A DNA stretch of 64,000 bases from Balanoglossus misakiensis (lineage: Eukaryota; Animalia; Hemichordata): contig CM082580.2 of the NCBI GenBank assembly GCA_040954595.2, positions 610,783-674,782 of the forward strand, written 5' to 3'. The translations under genes and the position numbers were made by a program. Under the pieces are notes generated by a model. It was given only the letters and a program-made list of their open reading frames with translations, did not search any database and was not told the origin of the DNA. This document shows positions 52,806-64,000 of this stretch, one piece after another (the first letter of the stretch is position 1; every line of letters starts with the position of its first letter).

Positions 52806-53229
52806 GATGACTAATAAGACATTGTGCACAAGGGTACTATAATAAAACTGTCTGCAAGGGTATAATATTATGGTTTCAAGGGTATGATAAGTAATTAAAA
52901 TACTATAAAAACATGAGTAATGCCACGTGGTAAATAAAAACTGTACATGTACAGAGGGTAAATACCGGTATAATATATAAAGATGTTAACATCAATGGTG
53001 TAATAATAAAAAAAATGGGTAACACATGGTTTTGGTGGTATAATAATAATAAAATGGTATTAACTTGATGGTATAAACATTATGGGATGTGTATAAACGG
53101 TGTTAATATTACAAAGGTATAATGATTAGTTGGGGTGTAATAATAAGAAATTTAAAATCATTGGGTAATTTATTAGTGTCAGGTTGGGTAAAATAATTGT
53201 TGCTATGCATTCGTGTAATAATTGTCTGC

Positions 53230-53426
53230 GGATTTTTTGCAGCGTTACCCGCGTTCGCGTTCTTCATTGCAGGTCGCTCGTCATGTAATGGAATTTCGCC
53301 GTGTGCCCGTTTGATTCGCCGATGGATTTTTTACAACGTTACCCGCGTTCGCGTTCTTCATCGCAGTTGGATCGTCGTGTAATGGAATTTCGCCGTGTGC
53401 CCGTTTGATTCGCCGATGGATTTTTT
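53230..53426. repeat. ~95-bp CpG-rich tandem duplication
   Basis: cgttacccgcgttcgcgttcttcat...gaatttcgccgtgtgcccgtttgattcgccgatggatttttt at 53243 and 53337. Confidence 0.85.
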
Positions 53427-53852
53427 GCTTTCGTCATCGTAATTCCCGCATCAACACGAATCCTCAATCTCGCGTAACAACAATACATCAAAATGTACAC
53501 AGAAAAATAGGAGTCGGCAAGACAATTCTGGTTAGTTTGAGCCCCAACTTTTAAAATTCACAACGGGGGAGGGGGCAGTTTTTCCTCATTTTATATTTGG
53601 CTCGAGGTTTTTAACTGTCCCCAGGCGCGTAAAGTTAGTTAGTTTATCACACAGTATGTAATTATCTTGCTTGATTTAAAAAAACACTAAAATTGTATGG
53701 GGGAGCTTCTTGCGATTTGCACTTAAGAAACTGATGGTTTGTACCCATAGATAATATTTAGTATTAAGCACATAATTGCCTGGAAATAAAAATTAACTCA
53801 AGGGTAGAATGCAACAGTTAATTTTGTGCAATATCAACAGGAGCTATTTTGG

Positions 53853-53958
53853 CACATTATTTCAGTTTGATAAACACTGTTTTTGCTCATTGTTTCATTT
53901 CGACCACATTATTTCAGTTTGATAAACACTGTTTTTGCTTATTGTTTCATTTCAACCA
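53853..53958. repeat. ~53-bp tandem duplication
   Basis: cacattatttcagtttgataaacactgtttttgct occurs twice. Confidence 0.85.
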
Positions 53959-54369
53959 CTTTTGTCACCTTGTTTTAAATTGAATGCAAGCATTGTTTCT
54001 GTTTGACCACTACTTGGGGTAATTGTTCCAAATTGGTATGCAAGATATTTTACATCAGCAGTTAGCCATCTAGCCACACTTTAGCTGCACAGCATATGAA
54101 AAATAATGAAATTCATGCAAAAAGCAAAAAAGTATTATGGGTATAATGCCATTGCAGCATTGGCGGTTCGACTCCGTCGATACTTACTTTGAAGCATAAG
54201 TCTTCATTATTTTTCATATGTAATAAATAAAACTCTTCCAAATTCATATCTTTGTTTTAAGTTTGTGCTTTTGCTTCAGTTAGGGGGCCCACATTTACCA
54301 AACCTGTCTTGCCATCTTTTCACATTTCTTCAAATATGCAGTGCCAGCGGTAGGCAGTATTTGATCAAA

Positions 54370-57300
54370 TTGACCCACAAATCACTCAAAATTAATAGGC
54401 AGGATACTGTCCACTCTGGCCTGGTTACTGTCTGGCCTGCTTAATGTTGACGCAAAGGTTGACCCCACCAAACACTCAAAATTAATGGGCAGCACACTGT
54501 CCACTACGGCCTGGTTACTGTGTGCTCTGGTTAATGTTGACGCAAAGGTTGACCCCACCAAACACTCAAAATTAATGGGCAGAACACTGTCCACTATGGC
54601 CTGGTTACTGTGTGCTCTGGTTAATGTTGACGCAAAGGTTGACCCCACCAAACACTCAAAATTAATGGGCAGAACACTGTCCACTACGGCCTGGTTATTG
54701 TGTGCTCTGGTTAATGTTGACGCAAAGGTTGACCCCACCAAACACTCAAAATTAATGGGCAGAACACTGTCCACTACGGCCTGGTTATTGTGTGCTCTGG
54801 TTAATGTTGACGCAAAGGTTGACGCCACCAAACACTCAAAATCAATGGGCAGCATACTGTCCACTATGGCCTGGTTACTGTGTGCTCTGGTTAATGTTGA
54901 CGCAAAGGTTGACCCCACCAAACACTCAAAATTAATGGGCAGAACACTGTCCACTACGGCCTGGTTACTGTGTGCTCTGGTTAATGTTGACGCAAAGGTT
55001 GACCCCACCAAACACTCAAAATTAATGGGCAGGATACTGGCCACTCTGGCCTAGTTAATGTTGACGCAAAGGTTGACCCCCACCAAACACTCAAAATTAA
55101 TGGGCACGATACTGGCCACTCTGGCCTAGTTAATGTTGACGCAAAGGTTGACCCCACCAAACACTCAAAATTAATGGGCAGCACACTGTCCACTACGGCC
55201 TGGTTACTGTGTGCTCTGGTTAATGTTGACGCAAAGGTTGACCCCACCAAACACTCAAAATTAATGGGCAGAACACTGTCCACTATGGCCTGGTTACTGT
55301 GTGCTCTGGTTAATGTTGACGCAAAGGTTGACCCCACCAAACACTCAAAATCAATGGGCAGCATACTGTCCACTATGGCCTGGTTACTGTGTGCTCTGGT
55401 TAATGTTGACGCAAAGGTTGACCCCACCAAACACTCAAAATTAATGGGCAGAACACTGTCCACTACGGCCTGGTTACTGTGTGCTCTGGTTAATGTTGAC
55501 GCAAAGGTTGACCCCACCAAACACTCAAAATTAATGGGCAGAACACTGTCCACTACGGCCTGGTTACTGTGTGCTCTGGTTAATGTTGACGCAAAGGTTG
55601 ACCCCACCAAACACTCAAAATTAATGGGCAGAACACTGTCCACTACGGCCTGGTTACTGTGTGCTCTGGTTAATGTTGACGCAAAGGTTGACCCCACCAA
55701 ACACTCAAAATTAATGGGCAGAACACTGTCCACTACGGCCTGGTTACTGTGTGCTCTGGTTAATGTTGACGCAAAGGTTGACCCCACCAAACACTCAAAA
55801 TTAATGGGCAGAACACTGTCCACTACGGCCTGGTTACTGTGTGCCCTGGTTAATGTTGACGCAAAGGTTGACCCCACCAAACACTCAAAATTAATGGGCA
55901 GAACACTGTCCACTATGGCCTGGTTACTGTGTGCTCTGGTTAATGTTGACGCAAAGGTTGACCCCACCAAACACTCAAAATTAATGGGCAGCACACTGTC
56001 CACTAAGGCCTGGTTACTGTGTGCTCTGGTTAATGTTGACGCAAAGGTTGACCCCACCAAACACTCAAAATTAATGGGCAGAACACTGTCCACTACGGCC
56101 TGGTTACTGTGTGCTCTGGTTAATGTTGACGCAAAGGTTGACCCCCACCAAACACTCAAAATTAATGGGCACGATACTGGCCACTCTGGCCTAGTTAATG
56201 TTGACGCAAAGGTTGACCCCACCAAACACTCAAAATCAATGGGCAGCATACTGTCCACTATGGCCTGGTTACTGTGTGCTCTGGTTAATGTTGACGCAAA
56301 GGTTGACCCCACCAAACACTCAAAATTAATGGGCAGCACACTGTCCACTACGGCCTGGTTACTGTGTGCTCTGGTTAATGTTGATGCAAAGGTTGACCCC
56401 ACCAAACACTCAAAATTAATGGGCAGAACACTGTCCACTATGGCCTGGTTACTGTGTGCTCTGGTTAATGTTGATGCAAAGGTTGACCCCACCAAACACT
56501 CAAAATTAATGGGCAGGATACTGGCCACTCTGGCCTAGTTAATGTTGACGCAAAGGTTGACCCCCACCAAACACTCAAAATTAATGGGCACGATACTGGC
56601 CACTCTGGCCTAGTTAATGTTGACGCAAAGGTTGACCCCACCAAACACTCAAAATTAATGGGCAGCACACTGTCCACTACGGCCTGGTTACTGTGTGCTC
56701 TGGTTAATGTTGACGCAAAGGTTGACCCCACCAAACACTCAAAATTAATGGGCAGAACACTGTCCACTATGGCCTGGTTACTGTGTGCTCTGGTTAATGT
56801 TGACGCAAAGGTTGACCCCACCAAACACTCAAAATTAATGGGCAGAACACTGTCCACTACGGCCTGGTTATTGTGTGCTCTGGTTAATGTTGACGCAAAG
56901 GTTGACGCCACCAAACACTCAAAATCAATGGGCAGCATACTGTCCACTATGGCCTGGTTACTGTGTGCTCTGGTTAATGTTGACGCAAAGGTTGACCCCA
57001 CCAAACACTCAAAATTAATGGGCAGAACACTGTCCACTACGGCCTGGTTACTGTGTGCTCTGGTTAATGTTGACGCAAAGGTTGACCCCACCAAACACTC
57101 AAAATTAATGGGCAGAACACTGTCCACTACGGCCTGGTTACTGTGTGCTCTGGTTAATGTTGACGCAAAGGTTGACCCCACCAAACACTCAAAATTAATG
57201 GGCAGAACACTGTCCACTACGGCCTGGTTACTGTGTGCTCTGGTTAATGTTGACGCAAAGGTTGACCCCACCAAACACTCAAAATTAATGGGCAGAACAC

Positions 57301-58673
57301 TGTCCACTACGGCCTGGTTACTGTGTGCTCTGGTTAATGTTGACGCAAAGGTTGACCCCACCAAACACTCAAAATTAATGGGCAGAACACTGTCCACTAT
57401 GGCCTGGTTACTGTGTGCTCTGGTTAATGTTGACGCAAAGGTTGACCCCACCAAACACTCAAAATTAATGGGCAGCACACTGTCCACTAAGGCCTGGTTA
57501 CTGTGTGCTCTGGTTAATGTTGACGCAAAGGTTGACCCCACCAAACACTCAAAATTAATGGGCAGAACACTGTCCACTACGGCCTGGTTACTGTGTGCTC
57601 TGGTTAGTGTTGACGCAAAGGTTGACCCCCACCAAACACTCAAAATTAATGGGCACGATACTGGCCACTCTGGCCTAGTTAATGTTGACGCAAAGGTTGA
57701 CCCCACCAAACACTCAAAATTAATGGGCACGATACTGGCCACTCTGGCCTAGTTAATGTTGATGCCAAGGTTGACCCCACCAAAAACTCAAAATTAATGG
57801 GCATGACACTGGCCACTCTGGCCTGGTTAATGTTGATGCAAAGGTTGACCCCACCAAACACTCAAAATTAATGGGCAGGATACTGGCCACTCTGGCCTAG
57901 TTAATGTTGACGCAAAGGTTGACCCCACCAAACACTCAAAATTAATGGGCATGATACTGGCCACTCTGGCCTAGTTAATGTTGACGCAAAGGTTGACCCC
58001 ACCAAACACACAAAATTAATGGGCACGATACTGGCCACTCTGGCCTAGTTAATGTTGACGCAAAGGTTGACCCCACCAAACACTCAAAATTAATGGGCAG
58101 AACACTGTCCACTACGGCCTGGTTACTGTGTGCTCTGGTTAATGTTGACGCAAAGGTTGACCCCCACCAAACACTCAAAATTAATGGGCACGATACTGGC
58201 CACTCTGGCCTAGTTAATGTTGACGCAAAGGTTGACCCCACCAAACACTCAAAATTAATGGGCACGATACTGGCCACTCTGGCCTAGTTAATGTTGATGC
58301 CAAGGTTGACCCCACCAAAAACTCAAAATTAATGGGCACGACACTGGCCACTCTGGCCTGGTTAATGTTGATGCAAAGGTTGACCCCACCAAACACTCAA
58401 AATTAATGGGCAGGATACTGGCCACTCTGGCCTAGTTAATGTTGACGCAAAGGTTGACCCCACCAAACACTCAAAATTAATGGGCATGATACTGGCCACT
58501 CTGGCCTAGTTAATGTTGACGCAAAGGTTGACCCCACCAAACACTCAAAATTAATGGGCACGATACTGGCCACTCTGGCCTAGTTAATGTTGACGCAAAG
58601 GTTGACCCCACCAAACACTCAAAATTAATGGGCAGAACACTGTCCACTATGGCCTGGTTACTGTGTGCTCTGG
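54370..58673. repeat. 90-bp satellite mixed with 72/73-bp variant monomers
   Basis: Monomer gttaatgttgacgcaaaggttgaccccaccaaacactcaaaattaatgggcagaacactgtccactacggcctggttactgtgtgctctg. The short variant lacks 18 bp. Confidence 0.97.
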
Positions 58674-59505
58674 CACGGTTACTAGAAGAAGACGGTTAGG
58701 AAACTCTATTGTTCGGAAGGTGTGAACGAGGTGTTAGCTAGGAGAGTCCATGTCCGAACCGCTATGTGGGGTTGTATTGGGGAACGTAGCTAATTTTTGA
58801 ACCCCTTCATCTGCCCTTTTTCGTCAGAGTACAGCGCCACTTTTTTTTTGTACGAATTCCATATAGGCTTATGGAGTGCACGGTCATAGTCTGTTGGGCT
58901 TGTGACACTCTACCATTGTTTCTTGGGTGGTTAACTTAAAATCCGGATTCAAATAGCGTCGAATTTTGAACCCCTAGAATTCAACCCTGATGGTCGCATT
59001 TCTGTTTTTTTTAAATATATTTAGATATTTTACACCTTTTTGTATTGCATGGGCTATTTCGTTTATTCCAATTGGAATATTTCGTTGAGATTCATTGCAT
59101 ACCCATTTCGATACAGTCGTTAATTTAACATTATCGATATAGCCTTTGGCGGCCATCTTGTTTGTTTTGGTTCGCATCGAATCTCTAGGGCACAGTCAAG
59201 ACAAAGAATGTATGGCTTCATCATGTCCTTGAAAGTTCAAAATTGTCATAAATGTGTTGTGACTTTATAAATTATCCATCCTCTGTTCTGTTTTCTTCAA
59301 TTCTGGTGGTCTACGTACTGTGCGTGCAAGCAATTCCGTAAACACGAGTATGGTTTGCTTTGGATTGTGGGGGAATGACGTCATTATTCGTACGGCCAGG
59401 CTCGTTAGCACCTGATATCTTTCGTTTACACTAAGTGTTTACCGAGGCGAGCATCTAACAATGGAGAAAAAATAGTTTCCTAACCGTCTTCTTCTAGTAA
59501 CCGTG
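58674..59505. mobile_element. 832-bp non-autonomous TIR element, perfect 32-bp TIRs, 7-bp TSD (P-superfamily-like)
   Basis: TIR CACGGTTACTAGAAGAAGACGGTTAGGAAACT at both ends. GCTCTGG at 58667-58673 and 59506-59512. The satellite monomer provides the empty site. Confidence 0.95.
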
Positions 59506-62500
59506 GCTCTGGTTAATGTTGACGCAAAGGTTGACCCCACCAAACACTCAAAATTAATGGGCAGAACACTGTCCACTACGGCCTGGTTACTGTGTGCTCT
59601 GATTAATGTTGACGCAAAGGTTGACCCCACCAAACACTCAAAATTAATGGGCAGAACACTGTCCACTATGGCCTGGTTACTCTGTGCTCTGGTTAATGTT
59701 GACGCAAAGGTTGACCCCACCAAACACTCAAAATTAATGGGCAGCACACTGTCCACTATGGCCTGGTTACTGTGTGCTCTGGTTAATGTTGACGCAAAGG
59801 TTGACCCCACCAAACACTCAAAATTAATGGGCAGAACACTGTCCACTACGGCCTGGTTACTGTGTGCTCTGGTTAATGTTGACGCAAAGGTTGACCCCAC
59901 CAAACACTCAAAATTAATGGGCAGAACACTGTCCACTATGGCCTGGTTACTGTGTGCTCTGGTTAATGTTGACGCAAAGGTTGACCCCACCAAACACTCA
60001 AAATTAATGGGCAGAACACTGTCCACTACGGCCTGGTTACTGTGTGCTCTGGTTAATGTTGACGCAAAGGTTGACCCCACCAAACACTCAAAATTAATGG
60101 GCAGAACACTGTCCACTACGGCCTGGTTACTGTGTGCTCTGGTTAATGTTGACGCAAAGGTTGACCCCACCAAACACTCAAAATTAATGGGCAGAACACT
60201 GTCCACTATGGCCTGGTTACTGTGTGCTCTGGTTAATGTTGACGCAAAGGTTGACCCCACCAAACACTCAAAATTAATGGGCAGCACACTGTCCACTATG
60301 GCCTGGTTACTGTGTGCTCTGGTTAATGTTGACGCAAAGGTTGACCCCACCAAACACTCAAAATTAATGGGCAGAACACTGTCCACTACGGCCTGGTTAC
60401 TGTGTGCTCTGGTTAATGTTGACGCAAAGGTTGACCCCACCAAACACTCAAAATTAATGGGCAGAACACTGTCCACTACGGCCTGGTTACTGTGTGCTCT
60501 GGTTAATGTTGACGCAAAGGTTGACCCCACCAAACACTCAAAATTAATGGGCAGAACACTGTCCACTACGGCCTGGTTACTGTGTGCTCTGGTTAATGTT
60601 GACGCAAAGGTTGACCCCACCAAACACTCAAAATTAATGGGCAGAACACTGTCCACTACGGCCTGGTTACTGTGTGCTCTGGTTAATGTTGACGCAAAGG
60701 TTGACCCCACCAAACACTCAAAATTAATGGGCAGAACACTGTCCACTACGGCCTGGTTACTGTGTGCTCTGGTTAATGTTGACGCAAAGGTTGACCCCAC
60801 CAAACACTCAAAATTAATGGGCAGAACACTGTCCACTACGGCCTGGTTACTGTGTGCTCTGGTTAATGTTGACGCAAAGGTTGACCCCACCAAACACTCA
60901 AAATTAATGGGCAGAACACTGTCCACTATGGCCTGGTTACTGTGTGCTCTGGTTAATGTTGACGCAAAGGTTGACCCCACCAAACACTCAAAATTAATGG
61001 GCAGCACACTGTCCACTATGGCCTGGTTACTGTGTGCTCTGGTTAATGTTGACGCAAAGGTTGACCCCACCAAACACTCAAAATTAATGGGCAGAACACT
61101 GTCCACTACGGCCTGGTTACTGTGTGCTCTGGTTAATGTTGACGCAAAGGTTGACCCCACCAAACACTCAAAATTAATGGGCAGAACACTGTCCACTACG
61201 GCCTGGTTACTGTGTGCTCTGGTTAATGTTGACGCAAAGGTTGACCCCACCAAACACTCAAAATTAATGGGCAGAACACTGTCCACTATGGCCTGGTTAC
61301 TGTGTGCTCTGGTTAATGTTGACGCAAAGGTTGACCCCACCAAACACTCAAAATTAATGGGCAGAACACTGTCCACTACGGCCTGGTTACTGTGTGCTCT
61401 GGTTAATGTTGACGCAAAGGTTGACCCCACCAAACACTCAAAACTAATGGGCAGAACACTGTCCACTATGGCCTGGTTACTGTGTGCTCTGGTTAATGTT
61501 GACGCAAAGGTTGACCCCACCAAACACTCAAAATTAATGGGCAGCACACTGTCCACTATGGCCTGGTTACTGTGTGCTCTGGTTAATGTTGACGCAAAGG
61601 TTGACCCCACCAAACACTCAAAATTAATGGGCAGAACACTGTCCACTACGGCCTGGTTACTGTGTGCTCTGGTTAATGTTGACGCAAAGGTTGACCCCAC
61701 CAAACACTCAAAATTAATGGGCAGAACACTGTCCACTACGGCCTGGTTACTGTGTGCTCTGGTTAATGTTGACGCAAAGGTTGACCCCACCAAACACTCA
61801 AAATTAATGGGCAGAACACTGTCCACTATGGCCTGGTTACTGTGTGCTCTGGTTAATGTTGACGCAAAGGTTGACCCCACCAAACACTCAAAATTAATGG
61901 GCAGAACACTGTCCACTACGGCCTGGTTACTGTGTGCTCTGGTTAATGTTGACGCAAAGGTTGACCCCACCAAACACTCAAAACTAATGGGCAGAACACT
62001 GTCCACTATGGCCTGGTTACTGTGTGCTCTGGTTAATGTTGACGCAAAGGTTGACCCCACCAAACACTCAAAATTAATGGGCAGAACACTGTCCACTACG
62101 GCCTGGTTACTGTGTGCTCTGGTTAATGTTGACGCAAAGGTTGACCCCACCAAACACTCAAAATTAATGGGCAGAACACTGTCCACTACGGCCTGGTTAC
62201 TGTGTGCTCTGGTTAATGTTGACGCAAAGGTTGACCCCACCAAACACTCAAAATTAATGGGCAGCACACTGTCCACTATGGCCTGGTTACTGTGTGCTCT
62301 GGTTAATGTTGACGCAAAGGTTGACCCCACCAAACACTCAAAATTAATGGGCAGAACACTGTCCACTACGGCCTGGTTACTGTGTGCTCTGGTTAATGTT
62401 GACGCAAAGGTTGACCCCACCAAACACTCAAAATTAATGGGCAGAACACTGTCCACTACGGCCTGGTTACTGTGTGCTCTGGTTAATGTTGACGCAAAGG

Positions 62501-64000
62501 TTGACCCCACCAAACACTCAAAATTAATGGGCAGAACACTGTCCACTATGGCCTGGTTACTGTGTGCTCTGGTTAATGTTGACGCAAAGGTTGACCCCAC
62601 CAAACACTCAAAATTAATGGGCAGAACACTGTCCACTACGGCCTGGTTACTGTGTGCTCTGGTTAATGTTGACGCAAAGGTTGACCCCACCAAACACTCA
62701 AAACTAATGGGCAGAACACTGTCCACTATGGCCTGGTTACTGTGTGCTCTGGTTAATGTTGACGCAAAGGTTGACCCCACCAAACACTCAAAATTAATGG
62801 GCAGAACACTGTCCACTACGGCCTGGTTACTGTGTGCTCTGGTTAATGTTGACGCAAAGGTTGACCCCACCAAACACTCAAAATTAATGGGCAGAACACT
62901 GTCCACTACGGCCTGGTTACTGTGTGCTCTGGTTAATGTTGACGCAAAGGTTGACCCCACCAAACACTCAAAATTAATGGGCAGAACACTGTCCACTACG
63001 GCCTGGTTACTGTGTGCTCTGGTTAATGTTGACGCAAAGGTTGACCCCACCAAACACTCAAAATTAATGGGCAGAACACTGTCCACTACGGCCTGGTTAC
63101 TGTGTGCTCTGGTTAATGTTGACGCAAAGGTTGACCCCACCAAACACTCAAAATTAATGGGCAGGATACTGGCCACTCTGGCCTAGTTAATGTTGACGCA
63201 AAGGTTGACCCCCACCAAACACTCAAAATTAATGGGCACGATACTGGCCACTCTGGCCTAGTTAATGTTGACGCAAAGGTTGACCCCACCAAACACTCAA
63301 AATTAATGGGCAGCACACTGTCCACTACGGCCTGGTTACTGTGTGCTCTGGTTAATGTTGACGCAAAGGTTGACCCCACCAAACACTCAAAATTAATGGG
63401 CAGAACACTGTCCACTATGGCCTGGTTACTGTGTGCTCTGGTTAATGTTGACGCAAAGGTTGACCCCACCAAACACTCAAAATCAATGGGCAGCATACTG
63501 TCCACTATGGCCTGGTTACTGTGTGCTCTGGTTAATGTTGACGCAAAGGTTGACCCCACCAAACACTCAAAATTAATGGGCAGAACACTGTCCACTACGG
63601 CCTGGTTACTGTGTGCTCTGGTTAATGTTGACGCAAAGGTTGACCCCACCAAACACTCAAAATTAATGGGCAGAACACTGTCCACTACGGCCTGGTTACT
63701 GTGTGCTCTGGTTAATGTTGACGCAAAGGTTGACCCCACCAAACACTCAAAATTAATGGGCAGAACACTGTCCACTATGGCCTGGTTACTGTGTGCTCTG
63801 GTTAATGTTGACGCAAAGGTTGACCCCACCAAACACTCAAAATTAATGGGCAGAACACTGTCCACTACGGCCTGGTTACTGTGTGCTCTGGTTAATGTTG
63901 ACGCAAAGGTTGACCCCACCAAACACTCAAAATTAATGGGCAGAACACTGTCCACTACGGCCTGGTTACTGTGTGCCCTGGTTAATGTTGACGCAAAGGT
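59506..64000. repeat. Highly homogeneous 90-bp satellite (continues beyond window)
   Basis: About 40 uninterrupted 90-mers to ~63160, two short variants, then 90-mers again. Confidence 0.98.

Noticed and set aside
59439-63186. 1245-aa and 1227-aa ORFs as real genes
   Set aside because: Antiparallel translations of near-identical 90-bp monomers with no unique domains. The array tolerates frameshifts and a transposon insertion.

Overview
Repeat-dominated eukaryotic (metazoan, probably marine invertebrate; the taxon is an inference) genomic window with no intact protein-coding gene that I can recognise. A ~45-kb island lies between two unrelated satellite arrays: an AT-rich 78-bp satellite with a ~2.97-kb higher-order repeat (1-9710) and a 90/72-bp satellite (54370-64000). 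The long ORFs of the second satellite are by-products of stop-free, triplet-length monomers. The island holds nested, mostly non-autonomous transposons. These are many TTAA-targeting (Kolobok/piggyBac-type) MITEs, PIF/Harbinger-like MITEs, two CAC...GTG elements with 7-bp TSDs, a CACAGTA-ended element with a 5-bp TSD (Transib/RAG-type signature), a 4-kb foldback element and Helentron-like elements (one carrying an internal LINE fragment). There are also L2 3' fragments and an intron-containing ZNF862-like hAT transposase pseudogene. A ~6.5-kb tandem duplication provides empty sites that confirm two insertions. It also carries two pairs of related 73-75-bp mini-exons with canonical splice signals and mostly synonymous differences, which are the best candidate for an unannotated host transcript. 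All coordinates and alignments were read by eye.
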